The notes under the pieces: generated by a model
The model's input: only the letters and a program-made list of their open reading frames with translations
Told to the model about the DNA's origin: nothing
Database searches by the model: none
Shown here: positions 27,937 to 38,448 of the stretch, in pieces
Layout: every line of letters begins with the position of its first letter
How positions within the stretch are numbered: position 1 is the stretch's first letter
Translations under genes and position numbers: made by a program
Source: Actinomycetota bacterium
Lineage (GTDB): Bacteria > Actinomycetota > Thermoleophilia > Gaiellales > Gaiellaceae
Assembly: GCA_003139545.1 (NCBI GenBank)
Contig: PLJC01000008.1
Span: 22,874 to 86,873 of the forward strand
Length of the DNA stretch: 64,000 nt
Direction: 5' to 3'

Positions 27937-29322
27937 TCACCTTCTCGCTTTCTTCTTTCGCTTGCTGGAGGACTTGCGTGTTGCGCTTGCCCTCGGCTTG
28001 GCGCCGGCGGCAGCTCCGGGGATCTGGGGCATCTTGCCCGATCCCATCATCTTCATCATCTTCGCCATCTGCTTTCGAGCCTCGAGCAGCTGGTTGACCT
28101 GGGGCACGGTGGTGCCGCTCCCGGCCGCGATCCGCATCCGCCGAGACCCGTCGATGACGTGCGGGACCCGCCGTTCATGCGGCGTCATCGAGAGGATGAT
28201 CGCCTCGACGCGGCCGAGCTCCTTCTCGTTCACCTGGTCGAGCCCTTCGAGCTGCTTGCCCATGCCCGGAATCATCTTCAGCACGCCCTGGAGCGGCCCC
28301 ATGCGGCGCAGCATCTTGTAGCTCTTGAGGAAGTCGTCGAAGGAGAACTCGCCCTTCATCATCCGGCGCTCGATCTCTTCCTTCTCGTCGTCGCCGACCG
28401 CGGCCTCCGCGCGCTCGATGAGCGTGAGCACGTCGCCCATCCCGAGGATGCGCGACGCCATCCGGTCGGGATGGAACCACTCGAGCGCGTCGAGCTTCTC
28501 GCCGACCGACGCGAGCTTGATCGGGCGGCCGGTGACGTGCTTCACCGACAACGCCGCGCCGCCGCGCGCATCGCCGTCGAGCTTCGTCATGAGGACGCCG
28601 TCGAAGTCGATGCGCTCCTGGAACGCCTTCGCGACATTCACCGCCTCCTGGCCCGTCATCGCGTCGAGGACGAGGAGCACGTTCGTCGGCTTCGCCTCGC
28701 GGCGCACGGCGGCGAGCTCCTCCATCAGCGCCTCGTCCACGTGCAGGCGCCCGGCTGTGTCGAGGATGACGACGTCGCGGCCGTCCGCCTTCGCGCGCTC
28801 GATGCCGTCACGCACGGCCTTGACCGGGTCGGAGCGCTCGTCCGCGTAGACCGGGACGCCGACCTGCTCGCCGAGCTGCATGAGCTGGTCGATCGCGGCC
28901 GGGCGCTGGAGGTCGGCGGCGACGAGCGCGGGCTTCTTGTCGTCCTTCTTCAGGAGGAGCGCCAGCTTGCCGGCGGCGGTCGTCTTGCCGGAGCCCTGAA
29001 GGCCGGCGAGGAGGATCGTCGTCGGCGGCCGCGGCGAGAACGCGAGCTGCGACGAGCCGGAGCCCATGAGGGCGGTGAGCTCGTCGTGGACGATCTTCAC
29101 CACCTGCTGGCCGGGCGTCAGGCTCTTGCGGACGTCCTGGCCCAGCGCACGCTCGCGCACGTGACCGACGAACTCGCGCGCGATCTCGAGGTTGACGTCC
29201 GCCTCGAGCAGGGCTAGCCGCACCTCCCGCATGGCGCGGGAGATGGCCTCCTCGTCGAGCGTTCCGCGGCTGCGGAGGTCGCCGAGGGCGCTCTGAAGCT
29301 TGTCCGAAAGGGCGTCGAACAC
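27937..29322 (-). CDS. ffh: Signal recognition particle protein
   Basis: [20 protein letters not shown] domain. Confidence 0.97.
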   Translation of the reverse strand: MFDALSDKLQSALGDLRSRGTLDEEAISRAMREVRLALLEADVNLEIAREFVGHVRERALGQDVRKSLTPGQQVVKIVHDELTALMGSGSSQLAFSPRPPTTILLAGLQGSGKTTAAGKLALLLKKDDKKPALVAADLQRPAAIDQLMQLGEQVGVPVYADERSDPVKAVRDGIERAKADGRDVVILDTAGRLHVDEALMEELAAVRREAKPTNVLLVLDAMTGQEAVNVAKAFQERIDFDGVLMTKLDGDARGGAALSVKHVTGRPIKLASVGEKLDALEWFHPDRMASRILGMGDVLTLIERAEAAVGDDEKEEIERRMMKGEFSFDDFLKSYKMLRRMGPLQGVLKMIPGMGKQLEGLDQVNEKELGRVEAIILSMTPHERRVPHVIDGSRRMRIAAGSGTTVPQVNQLLEARKQMAKMMKMMGSGKMPQIPGAAAGAKPRASATRKSSSKRKKKARR

Positions 29323-29382
29323 GGCTGGCCAGTGTACTGGCGGCACTTTGCGCCTTTTGGCTCTTGGAGGGACACTGTCGGC

Positions 29383-32211
29383 ATGGCCTCCGCAGCCGCC
29401 GTCATGCGGAAGACCGTCACGGTGCTCTTCTGCGACGTCGCGGGCTCGACCGAGCTCGGCGAGCGGCTGGACCCCGAGGCGCTGCGCGCGGTCATGACCC
29501 GCTGGTTCGACGCGATGCGTGCGCCGGTCGAACGCGCCGGCGGAACGGTGGAGAAGTTCATCGGCGACGCGGTGATGGCCGTCTTCGGCGTGCCGTCCGT
29601 CCACGAGGACGACGCCTTCCGGGCCGTGCTGGCGGCCGTCGAGATGCGCGATGCCGCGGTCCCGCTCGGCCTGCAGGTGCGCATCGGCGTCAACACCGGC
29701 GAGGTCGTGACGGGCGACGGCGCGACGACGCTCGTCACCGGGGACGCGGTCAACACGGCGAAGCGGCTGGAGGAGGCAGCGGCGCCCGGCGAGATCCTCA
29801 TCGGCGCGGCCACCCGGCGGCTGGTCGCGAACGCCACGGTGCTCGAACCGGCGGGCGCGGTCGCGGCGAAGGGCAAGCGCGAGCCGGTGGAGGCCTGGCG
29901 CGTGCTCGACACGATCGCGGATGCAACGCCGTATGCGCGCCGCCTCGACGCGCCGCTCGTCGGCCGCGTGCGGGAGCTGGCGCTGCTCGACGACGAGCTC
30001 GGAGCGGTGATACGCGATAGCGCGTGCCGCCTCGTCACCGTCACCGGCACCGCCGGCGTCGGGAAGTCGCGCCTTGCGCGCGAGTTCCTCGCCCGTGCCG
30101 GGCCGGCCGCGCGCGTGCTCACCGCGCGCTGCGTCCCCTACGGCGACGGGATCACGTTCCTGCCCCTGCGCGAGCTGCTCGCCGAAGCGGGCGAGGAGCA
30201 ACTGCTCGCCGCCGCGTCGAGCGAGGAGACGTTCTTCGGCGTCCGGCGGCTGTTCGAACGGCTCGCCGCCGAACAACCGCTGCTCGTCTGCTTCGAGGAC
30301 CTGCACTGGGCGCAACCGACGTTCCTCGACCTCATCGAGTACGTCGCCGGTTGGAGCCGCGGCGCCCCGATCCTCCTCCTCTGCCTCGCGCGGCCGGAGC
30401 TGTCCGACGAGCGCCCGCGCTGGCCGGGCGCGGCAATCGCGCTCGAGGCGCTGAGCGGGTACGAATCGGCGGCGCTCCTCGACGAGCTCGCGGCCGAGTG
30501 GCCCATCGACCCGTCGGCGCGGCAGCAGATCGAGGAGGCAGCGGAGGGCAACCCGCTCTTCCTCGAGCAGCTCGTCGCGATGGTGGCCGAGTACGGGCCT
30601 GACGCGGCCATCCCGCCGACCATCCAGGCACTGCTCGCGGCGCGGCTCGACCGGCTCGACCAGAACGAGCGGGCGGTGCTCGAGCGCGCGTCGGTCGCCG
30701 GCCGCGACTTCTCGCGTGCCGCCGTCGCCGAGCTCTCGCGCGACGAGGAACGCGACGACGTCGCCGCGACGCTCCTCTCGCTCGTGCGCAAGGAACTCGT
30801 CCGTCCCGATCTCTCCGGCGCGCAGGACGAGGACCGCTTCCGCTTCCGCCACGCGCTCATCCGCGACGCTGCGTATAGCGGCATCCCGAAAGCGTTGCGC
30901 GCCGAGCTGCACGAGCGTTTCGCAGCGTGGCTCGACGCGCGCGGCGCGGAGGACGAGCTCGTCGGGTACCACCTCGAACAGACGGCCCGGTATCGCGGCG
31001 AGCTCGGCGTTCCCGACGACGAACTCGCCGAGCGCGCCGGGGCTCTCCTTGCGGCGGCCGGCCGGCGCGCGCACGTCCGCGACGACATGCCTGCGGCGCG
31101 GAGCCTGCTCGAGCGGGCACTCTCGCTGGCCGATCTTGGCAAGGGCCGGCCCGTCGCGCTGCGCGGTCTCGCCGCCGCGAGCTGGGCGGTCGGCGATATC
31201 GATGCGGCAGCGGCAGCGATCGACGAGGCGATCGACACGGCGGCGCGCACCGGCGACGTGCAGCAGGAGTGGTACGGGCGGCTCGAGCGCGCGGCGCGGC
31301 GGCATCAGCTGCATGCGGCGGACGACGACCTCGAGGAGGTCGCGACCGAGGCGGTGCGCGTCTTCGGCTCGCTCGGCGACGACGCCGGCCTCTGCCGCGC
31401 GTGGCGACGCCTCGCGCTGCTCTCGTACTCGGCCGGGCACTGCGCCGAAGCCGCCGAGCAGGCCGAACGCGCGCTCGAGCATGCGCGCCGCGCGGAAGAC
31501 GCTGGCGAGGTGACGCGCACGGCCGATCTCTTCTGTTCGGCGCTCGTGTACGGACCGGAGCCGGCTGCGAGCGCGGCGCGACGCTGCCGCGAGCTCCTTG
31601 ACGCCGATGCGCCGAGCCGCGTGCTCGAAGCGGCGGTCGTGAGCGCATTGGCGTATCTCGCCGCGATGCAGGGATCGTTCGACGAGGCGCACGCGCACGC
31701 CGCGCGTGCCGCCGCGATCTACGAGGAGCTCGGTCTCCCACTCCTCCGCGCAGGCCTCGCGGAGTGGATCGCTGCAATCGAGATCCTCGCCGGCGATCTC
31801 GGCGCCGCGGAGCGCGAGCTCCGCCTCGGCCGCGGGTTGTTCGCAGACGCGGGCGCGGGGCCGCTCGCCGGGGCCATCGCGGCGTCGCTTGCGCGCGTCG
31901 TCCTCGAGCGCGACCGGCTCGACGAGGCAGAGGAGCTGGTCGAGCTCGCTCGGAGCACCGTCGACGAGCGTAACCTCGGCGGTTTCGTCGATACACGCCT
32001 CGCGTGCGCGCGGCTCGCCGAGCTCCGCGGACGGCCGGACGAAGCCGCGCGGCTCGCCCACGAGGCTGTCGTCCGCCTCGAAGGCACCGACACGATCCGG
32101 CTCGCAGACGCGCTCGCGGCGTCCGGCCGCCTCACAGAGGCGATCGAGCTGCACGAGCGCAAAGGGAACGTCGCCGCCGCAGAGTTGGTCATGGCACGCG
32201 CCGCGCGATAA
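29383..32211 (+). CDS. Adenylate/guanylate cyclase + AAA (STAND-like) ATPase + TPR protein
   Basis: VLFCDV, KFIGDAVM, GDAVNTAKRL; GTAGVGKS, FEDLHWA, GNPLF. Confidence 0.9.
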   Translation: MASAAAVMRKTVTVLFCDVAGSTELGERLDPEALRAVMTRWFDAMRAPVERAGGTVEKFIGDAVMAVFGVPSVHEDDAFRAVLAAVEMRDAAVPLGLQVRIGVNTGEVVTGDGATTLVTGDAVNTAKRLEEAAAPGEILIGAATRRLVANATVLEPAGAVAAKGKREPVEAWRVLDTIADATPYARRLDAPLVGRVRELALLDDELGAVIRDSACRLVTVTGTAGVGKSRLAREFLARAGPAARVLTARCVPYGDGITFLPLRELLAEAGEEQLLAAASSEETFFGVRRLFERLAAEQPLLVCFEDLHWAQPTFLDLIEYVAGWSRGAPILLLCLARPELSDERPRWPGAAIALEALSGYESAALLDELAAEWPIDPSARQQIEEAAEGNPLFLEQLVAMVAEYGPDAAIPPTIQALLAARLDRLDQNERAVLERASVAGRDFSRAAVAELSRDEERDDVAATLLSLVRKELVRPDLSGAQDEDRFRFRHALIRDAAYSGIPKALRAELHERFAAWLDARGAEDELVGYHLEQTARYRGELGVPDDELAERAGALLAAAGRRAHVRDDMPAARSLLERALSLADLGKGRPVALRGLAAASWAVGDIDAAAAAIDEAIDTAARTGDVQQEWYGRLERAARRHQLHAADDDLEEVATEAVRVFGSLGDDAGLCRAWRRLALLSYSAGHCAEAAEQAERALEHARRAEDAGEVTRTADLFCSALVYGPEPAASAARRCRELLDADAPSRVLEAAVVSALAYLAAMQGSFDEAHAHAARAAAIYEELGLPLLRAGLAEWIAAIEILAGDLGAAERELRLGRGLFADAGAGPLAGAIAASLARVVLERDRLDEAEELVELARSTVDERNLGGFVDTRLACARLAELRGRPDEAARLAHEAVVRLEGTDTIRLADALAASGRLTEAIELHERKGNVAAAELVMARAAR

Positions 32212-32245
32212 CGTCGCGCAACCAAGACCGAGGGAGGGCACGCAC

Positions 32246-32467
32246 ATGGCGAAGAAAAAGAAGGCGGTGACCGGGACGGCCCAGGCCGGACCATCCATCA
32301 AGGGGCACTGGGACGGGTGGAACGCCGCGCTCGACGACGCGCTCGGCAAAACGGGCTGGAAGGCCGGTGACCACGACGCCGTGCAGGTCGAGTTCTACGC
32401 GAACGTCAAGGTCGTCAATCCGGGCAGCATCGTCGAGTACGCGGTGAAGCTCATCCCGCCGAAGTAA
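32246..32467 (+). CDS. Small protein, possibly dodecin-like
   Basis: GGGAGG RBS; 73 aa ending GSIVEYAVKL. Confidence 0.65.
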   Translation: MAKKKKAVTGTAQAGPSIKGHWDGWNAALDDALGKTGWKAGDHDAVQVEFYANVKVVNPGSIVEYAVKLIPPK

Positions 32468-33403
32468 CTAGTCGACGAGGGCCCGCGCGTAATCCTGCGC
32501 GTCGAACGGGCGTAGGTCCTCGAGCTGTTCACCGACGCCGACGAGCTTGACCGGGAGGCCGAGCTCGTAGGCGATCGGGATGGCGACCCCGCCCTTCGCC
32601 GATCCGTCGAGCTTCGTCAACGCGACGCCGGTCACACCGACCGCTTCCTTGAAGAGGCGCGCCTGCTGCACGCCGTTCTGGCCCGTCGTCGCGTCGACGA
32701 CGAGCAGCGTTTCGTGCGGCGCGCCGTCGAGCTTGCGCTCGATCACGCGGCGCACCTTCGCGAGCTCCTCCATGAGGTTCGTCTGCGTGTGCAGGCGGCC
32801 AGCGGTGTCGACGAGGACGACGTCGCGGCCGCGCGCCTGCGCCGCCTCGATTGCGTCGTAGGCGACCGCAGCCGGATCGGCGCCGCGTTCCGAGCCGACG
32901 AAGTCGGCGCCCGCGCGCTGTGCCCAGATCTCGAGCTGCTCCTCCGCGGCGGCGCGGAACGTGTCGGCCGCAGCGACGACGACGGAGTGACCGCGCGCGG
33001 AGAGGATGGCCGACAGCTTGCCGATGGTCGTCGTCTTCCCCGTTCCGTTCACGCCGACGACGAGGATCACCGCCGGTGCGTGCTTCACGTCCAGCGTCGG
33101 CGGCTCGCCGAAGAGCAGGGCGATCTCGTCCGGAAGCGCGGCGATGTCACCGCGCGCCTCGAGCCTGCGCACGAGCTCGGCGGTCGCCGGCACGCCGACG
33201 TCCGCTTGGAGCAGCGCTTCCTCGAGCCGCTCCCAGGAGAGATCGTCACCGGGATCGAACGCTGCGACCTGGATCTGCTCCGTCAGCGCGCGGCGCGACT
33301 TCGAGAGCGAGTCGCGCAGGCGCGAGAACATCCCGGCCCGTTCCGTCTCCGGCTCCGGCGCGGCCTCGTCTTCGCCGAGTAGCTCGGCCCAGCTCCGCGA
33401 CAT
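32468..33403 (-). CDS. ftsY: SRP receptor FtsY
   Basis: GVNGTGKTT, DTAGRL, TKLDGSAKGG. Confidence 0.97.
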   Translation of the reverse strand: MSRSWAELLGEDEAAPEPETERAGMFSRLRDSLSKSRRALTEQIQVAAFDPGDDLSWERLEEALLQADVGVPATAELVRRLEARGDIAALPDEIALLFGEPPTLDVKHAPAVILVVGVNGTGKTTTIGKLSAILSARGHSVVVAAADTFRAAAEEQLEIWAQRAGADFVGSERGADPAAVAYDAIEAAQARGRDVVLVDTAGRLHTQTNLMEELAKVRRVIERKLDGAPHETLLVVDATTGQNGVQQARLFKEAVGVTGVALTKLDGSAKGGVAIPIAYELGLPVKLVGVGEQLEDLRPFDAQDYARALVD

Positions 33404-33479
33404 CGCGCCACACTAACCGGCCCCCGCACGATGTCCATCAGGGACACGACCGGGTCCAGGCCCCGTTACGGAAGTGTCA

Positions 33480-33590
33480 CGACTTCCACACGACTCCGTT
33501 TGGGTACCTGGTACCTGAACGTTTGCGTCACGCAACTGTGACGGCCGTGAGCACGGGCTCAGTTCCCGGTGTCAGACGGTGTCTGACACC
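33480..33590. repeat. REP-like palindrome cluster
   Basis: GGTACCTGGTACC, GTCACGCAACTGTGAC, GGTGTCAGAC-GGT-GTCTGACACC. Confidence 0.55.
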
Positions 33591-36100
33591 TACGCGGCGC
33601 TGACTGCTTCTGCTTCTTCGCGCGGCAGGCGGCGCGAGACGACCTGCGACACACCGTCGCCGCCCATGGTCACGCCGTACAGGATGTCGGCCGCTTCCAT
33701 CGTCCGCTTCTGGTGCGTGATGACGACGAACTGTGCGCGGTCCGCATAGCGCCGCAGCAGCTCGACGAAACGACTGATGTTTGTGTCGTCGAGCGCAGCC
33801 TCCACCTCGTCGAGCAAGTAGAACGGGCATGGCCGCGCAAGGAAGAGTGCGAACAGGAACGCGATCGCGCCGAGCGCCTTCTCGCCGCCGGACAGGAGCG
33901 ACAGCCGCTGCACGCGCTTGCCGGCGGGGCGAAGCTCCACTTCGATTCCGGGCTGCTCCTCGTCGTCGTCGGACTCCGTCAGCCGCAGCCGGCCCTCGCC
34001 ACCGGGGAAGAGCGTCGCCGCCACCTCCGCGAAGTTGGCCTGCACCGCGTCGAAGGTCTCCGCGAAGCGGCGCTCGACCGTCTCGGTCAGCTCCGTGCGC
34101 AGCTTGTCCAGCTCGTCGAGGCTCTGCTCGAGATCCGCACGCTGCGTCGTCAGCTCCTCGAGCCGGATCTTCTCAGCGTCGTACTCCTCCTTCGCCAGCG
34201 GGTTCACCTGGCCGAGGCTCTCGCGCCGCCGCTCGAGCCGCTCGGCACGGTCGGCGAGCTCATCGCGGTCGTCACCCTCCGCGCGCTCCTCGGTCCCGGT
34301 GTCCGCGAGGCGGCGCCGGGCCTCGTCGGCCTCGGCCTCGATGCGCGCCGTCTCGACGTCAATCGCCGACGCGCGCTCGGCCGCCTCGGATAGCGCCTGC
34401 CGCAGCTCGACCTCGGCCGCGCCGAGCCGGCGGAGCTCCTCGCCCAGCGCGCCGGTGCGGGCCGCGCCGGCGTCGACGCGCGCGCGCAGCGGCGTCTCGA
34501 ATCGAGACGCGGGAATGTCGAGCACGCGCACGAGCCGCTCGACGATCGCAACGCTCCGCACGACGACGGGGTCCTGTTCGACCGAGTACGCCGCATCCGG
34601 AATCGGTGCGTCGGCACGCCTGCGCAGGTCATCTAGCTCGGCGGCGAGACCTCGCCGCCGAGCCTGCAGCTCGAGCAGCACAGCTTCGGCCGTCTCGCCT
34701 GCGAACCAGAGCTCACCCTGCGCCGGGTCGTAGCCGAAACCTTCGCGCGTCACCGCCGCGACGGGAGAGGACAGCAGCTCCTCCTTCGCGACGACCGGCA
34801 ACTCCGGCTCGCGGCGACCGATGACGACGGTGAGTGAGCCGAGCCCGGCCGACCGCGCACGCTCGAGCAGCGCGAACGCGGCGTGGACGTCGTCGACGAC
34901 CAAGGCAGACGCACGCTGTCTCAACGCTGCGGCGACCGCGTGCTCCATTCCCGCCTCGACGTCGAGCAGCGAGAGCACGATGCGCTCACCTTCTTCCGCG
35001 AGAGCGCGCGCCGCAGGCGGCAGACCCTCGCGCTCGGCGAGCGCGCGATCGAGCGCGCGCAGACGCTCCTCGTGCAAGGACACCTGCTCGGCGAGAGCCG
35101 CACGCTCCATGCGCACACGCTCGTCCAGCACGCGGCGCGGCTGTTCGAGCTCGTCGCGGAGCCGGCGCACGAGCGACTCGGCGGACTCCCGCCGCATCCC
35201 GACGCGCTCGGCCGCGCTGCGCAGCCGGTACAGCTCCTGCATCGCCTGCTCGCGCGCGCCTGCCGCGTCGGCGAGCTCCTCCTCCGCCTCACCGCGCTCG
35301 GCGAGCACGGCCTCGAGCCGCTCTTCGGCGCCGCGCTTCGCGAGCGCGGCGGCCGCACGCCGGCCGGCAGCCTCGCCGAGCCGGTCGTCGAGCGTCGAGA
35401 GATCGAGCTCGGCGATGCGCGCGCGCAGCTTCGCGAGCTCGCCGAGAAGCTTTTCGGCGCGCTCGGCCGCCGTCGCCTGCAATGCGAGCGGCCGCAGCCG
35501 CTTGCGCACTTCCGACTCCAGATCGCGTGCACGCTCGACCTGGATCGCGACACGCGCGAGCTTCAGCTCGGCGCGATGCCGGCGCGCCTTGAAGCGCCCG
35601 AGGCCTGCGGCCTCCTCGATGAGCGCGCGGCGCTCCTCCGGCTTCGACGCGAGGATGGCCTCGACCTTGCCCTGCCCGATGATCGAGTGCATGCCCTGGC
35701 CGAGCCCGAGGTCGGCGAGCAGCTCGACGAGGTCGATGCGCCGCACGCCGGTCTTGTTGAGGAGGTACTGCCCTTCGCCGCCGCGATGGAGCCTGCGCGC
35801 GACCGACAGCTCGGCGTAGTCGACCGGCAGCGTCCCGTCGGAGTTGTCGAACAGGAGCTCGACCTCGCAGAAGTCGGCCGCGCCCCGGTTGGCCGCGCCG
35901 GCGAACAGGACGTCGTCGGGCTTCTCGGCGCGCAGCTCGAGGGGGCTGAGGGAGCCGGCGGCCCAGCGGATGGCGTCGGAGACGTTCGACTTGCCGGACC
36001 CGTTCGGGCCGACGATCACGCCGACGCCCGGCTCGAGGCGAACCTCGACCGGGTCGGGAAACGACTTGAACCCGCGGATCTTGACGGCACGGAGATGCAC
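33590..36100 (-). CDS. smc: Chromosome segregation protein SMC (unusually short)
   Basis: GPNGSGKSN, IIGQG, LSGGEK, LLDEVEAALD; rnc-smc-ftsY context. Confidence 0.9.
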   Translation of the reverse strand: MHLRAVKIRGFKSFPDPVEVRLEPGVGVIVGPNGSGKSNVSDAIRWAAGSLSPLELRAEKPDDVLFAGAANRGAADFCEVELLFDNSDGTLPVDYAELSVARRLHRGGEGQYLLNKTGVRRIDLVELLADLGLGQGMHSIIGQGKVEAILASKPEERRALIEEAAGLGRFKARRHRAELKLARVAIQVERARDLESEVRKRLRPLALQATAAERAEKLLGELAKLRARIAELDLSTLDDRLGEAAGRRAAAALAKRGAEERLEAVLAERGEAEEELADAAGAREQAMQELYRLRSAAERVGMRRESAESLVRRLRDELEQPRRVLDERVRMERAALAEQVSLHEERLRALDRALAEREGLPPAARALAEEGERIVLSLLDVEAGMEHAVAAALRQRASALVVDDVHAAFALLERARSAGLGSLTVVIGRREPELPVVAKEELLSSPVAAVTREGFGYDPAQGELWFAGETAEAVLLELQARRRGLAAELDDLRRRADAPIPDAAYSVEQDPVVVRSVAIVERLVRVLDIPASRFETPLRARVDAGAARTGALGEELRRLGAAEVELRQALSEAAERASAIDVETARIEAEADEARRRLADTGTEERAEGDDRDELADRAERLERRRESLGQVNPLAKEEYDAEKIRLEELTTQRADLEQSLDELDKLRTELTETVERRFAETFDAVQANFAEVAATLFPGGEGRLRLTESDDDEEQPGIEVELRPAGKRVQRLSLLSGGEKALGAIAFLFALFLARPCPFYLLDEVEAALDDTNISRFVELLRRYADRAQFVVITHQKRTMEAADILYGVTMGGDGVSQVVSRRLPREEAEAVSAA

Positions 36101-36134
36101 CTGAGGAGGACCCTAACCGCGGCCCTGGACGGCG

Positions 36135-36284
36135 CTACTTGTCGTCGGATTCCTCGGGCTCCCGGGCGAGCGGGGCGTCCTCGTCCCGCTCGAAGAGCTC
36201 GAGGATCCCGCGCGGCTCGGGCTGCTCGTCCGGCTCTTCGAGCCGCTCGTCGAGCGCCTTGTCGGAATGCTTCTGGCGGGTCAC
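36135..36284 (-). CDS. 49-aa acidic small protein
   Basis: GAGGG RBS-like + GTG; MTRQKHSDKALDERLEEPDEQPEPRGILELFERDEDAPLAREPEESDDK. Confidence 0.5.
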   Translation of the reverse strand: MTRQKHSDKALDERLEEPDEQPEPRGILELFERDEDAPLAREPEESDDK

Positions 36285-36289
36285 GGCCC

Positions 36290-36928
36290 TCAGGATGCCA
36301 GAGCTTGGAGCGCTTCGCGGGCGGCTTCCTGCTCGGCCGCTTTCTTCGACCCGCCCTCGCCCATGCCCAGCCGCTCGCCGTCCACGACCGCGGCGCAGGT
36401 GAAGTGCCGCTCGTGCGGCGGCCCGACGGCGTCCACGACCTCGTAGGTGACCTGCCGGCCCAAGCGGGCGAGCGCCTCCTGCAGCTCGGTCTTGTGGTCG
36501 ACGAACGTCGTCAGCGCGTACTCGATGCGATCCGAGAATGCGTCCACGATCGCGTCCTCGATCGGAGCGAAGCCATGCTCGAGGAAAAGCGCGCCGAGCA
36601 CCGCTTCGAGCAGCGCCGCGAGCACGTTCCGGTTCTTGGCGAGCCGGCTCGCGTCCTCGCCGTCGCTGTAGGCGGCCAGCCGCCGGCCGAGGTCGAGCTC
36701 GTGGGCCACGACCGCGCAGCTCGCGCGCGACACGACATGCGAGCGCACCTTCGCGAGGCGTCCCTCGGAGAAGTCCGGGTGACCCGCATACAGCGCGTGC
36801 GCCACCGCGAGCTCGAGCACGCTGTCACCGAGGAACTCGAGGCGCTCGTACGAGGCGGTGCGCTCCGCCGCCCAGGACGAGTGAGTGAATGCCGTCGCCG
36901 CTGCCGCGGCAGGAAGCGCGTCGATCAG
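36290..36928 (-). CDS. rnc: Ribonuclease III (start codon uncertain)
   Basis: AFTHSSW, YERLEFLGD, dsRBD KTELQE..SKKAAEQ. Confidence 0.93.
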   Translation of the reverse strand: MIDALPAAAAATAFTHSSWAAERTASYERLEFLGDSVLELAVAHALYAGHPDFSEGRLAKVRSHVVSRASCAVVAHELDLGRRLAAYSDGEDASRLAKNRNVLAALLEAVLGALFLEHGFAPIEDAIVDAFSDRIEYALTTFVDHKTELQEALARLGRQVTYEVVDAVGPPHERHFTCAAVVDGERLGMGEGGSKKAAEQEAAREALQALAS

Positions 36929-36956
36929 CTCGGCGAGGGTTCGACCGCGCGTGCCG

Positions 36957-37202
36957 CTACTGGTGCGACGCGACGTAGTCGACGGCCTGCCCGACAGTCG
37001 TGATCTTCTGGGCGTCCTCGTCGGAGATCTTGATCCCGAACTGATCCTCGAGCTCCATGATCAGCTCGACGAGGTCGAGCGAGTCGGCGTCGAGGTCCTC
37101 CTGGAACGAGGCCTCCTCCGTGATGTCGGCCTCTTCGATTCCGAGCTGCTCGGTCAGAACTTCCTTGACCCGCTCGTAGACTTCCTCACGCGACGCTGCC
37201 AT
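36957..37202 (-). CDS. acpP: Acyl carrier protein
   Basis: [14 protein letters not shown]. Confidence 0.97.
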   Translation of the reverse strand: MAASREEVYERVKEVLTEQLGIEEADITEEASFQEDLDADSLDLVELIMELEDQFGIKISDEDAQKITTVGQAVDYVASHQ

Positions 37203-37241
37203 GTCACCTCATTTGGTTTCCGGGGGCTGAAAGCGCGCCGA

Positions 37242-38213
37242 TCATACAGCCTCTGCGGGCTGCTGCATCCGGGCTGCGAGCCTGCCGACGACGTCGCGCT
37301 CCACTCCGCGGGCGGCCAGGCGGATCGCGTTCGCGATCGCCGTCCGGGACGAGTTCCCGTGCGCGACGACCGCGAGGCCGCGGAGGCCGAGCAGGTAGGC
37401 GCCGCCGAATGTGTCCGGATCGAGCCGCTTGCGCAGCCGCCGGGCCGCCGGCCGGATGAGCAGGCCGCCCACCGTGCCGCGCGTGTTGGCGGCGATCTCC
37501 TCGCGGAACGCATCGAGGAGGCTCATGATCGTCCCCTCCAGGAGCTTCAGCGCGACGTTGCCGGTGAAGCCGTCGGCGACGACCACGTCGGCGGCGCCGG
37601 ACAGGATGTCGCGGCCCTCGCAGTTCCCGGCGAAGTTCAGGTCGCTGGCGGCCAGGAGCGCGTGCGCCTCGATGGTCAGCTGGTTCCCCTTCTCCGGCTC
37701 CTCGCCGATGGAGAGAAGCCGCACAACAGGGTTCACGATGCCGAGCATCTCCTCTGCGAAGACCACGCCCATAGTCGCGAACTGCAGAAGATATTCGGGA
37801 CGGGCGTCCGCGTTTGCGCCCGCGTCGATGAGCACCGAGGGGCCGCGCTGAGCCGGAATGGGGACCGCAATCGCAGGACGCAGCACACCGGGGATGCGAC
37901 GCAGCTCGAGGAGGCCCGCGGCCAACACTGCGCCCGTGTTGCCGGCGGACACAACCGCGTCCGCGTCGCCTTCGGCGACCGCGCGCACCGCCGAGACGAG
38001 CGAGCTCTCCGGCTTTCCGCGCACTGCCTCGGCCGGCTTCTCGTTCATCTCGATGACGCCGTCGGTCTCGCGCAGCTCGAGGCCGCCGGTATCGATTCCC
38101 GCCGACCCGTACAGGATCGGCGTCAGCCCGTCGGCGGCCGCTTCGAGCGCGCCCGCGACGACTTCCGCCGGGCCGCGGTCGCCCCCCATCGCGTCGACCG
38201 CGATCCGCGGCAT
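37242..38213 (-). CDS. plsX: Phosphate acyltransferase PlsX
   Basis: IAVDAMGGD, SAGNTGA, DGFTGN. Confidence 0.96.
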   Translation of the reverse strand: MPRIAVDAMGGDRGPAEVVAGALEAAADGLTPILYGSAGIDTGGLELRETDGVIEMNEKPAEAVRGKPESSLVSAVRAVAEGDADAVVSAGNTGAVLAAGLLELRRIPGVLRPAIAVPIPAQRGPSVLIDAGANADARPEYLLQFATMGVVFAEEMLGIVNPVVRLLSIGEEPEKGNQLTIEAHALLAASDLNFAGNCEGRDILSGAADVVVADGFTGNVALKLLEGTIMSLLDAFREEIAANTRGTVGGLLIRPAARRLRKRLDPDTFGGAYLLGLRGLAVVAHGNSSRTAIANAIRLAARGVERDVVGRLAARMQQPAEAV

Positions 38214-38218
38214 TCGAC

Positions 38219-38407
38219 CTAGGGAGCGTCGATGCGGAGTGGTTCGACCTCGCGGCCCTTGTACGTCCCGCAGTTCGCGCACGCGTGATGCGGCCGCTTC
38301 GGCACGCCGCAGTTGGGGCAGATGTTCACCACTGCAGCCGAGATCGCGTGGGTCGCACGCCGCTTGTCGCGGCGCGACTTGGAGGTTTTCCGCTTCGGGA
38401 CGGCCAT
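38219..38407 (-). CDS. rpmF: 50S ribosomal protein L32
   Basis: [10 protein letters not shown], two CxxC. Confidence 0.97.
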   Translation of the reverse strand: MAVPKRKTSKSRRDKRRATHAISAAVVNICPNCGVPKRPHHACANCGTYKGREVEPLRIDAP

Positions 38408-38448
38408 GAGCGCCGCGCAGTATAGCCACGGGCGGCTACGGTCAGGCC

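Noticed and set aside
27937..32349. 1470-aa Ffh fusion
   Set aside because: The upstream part is antisense to the cyclase gene; ffh starts at 29322.
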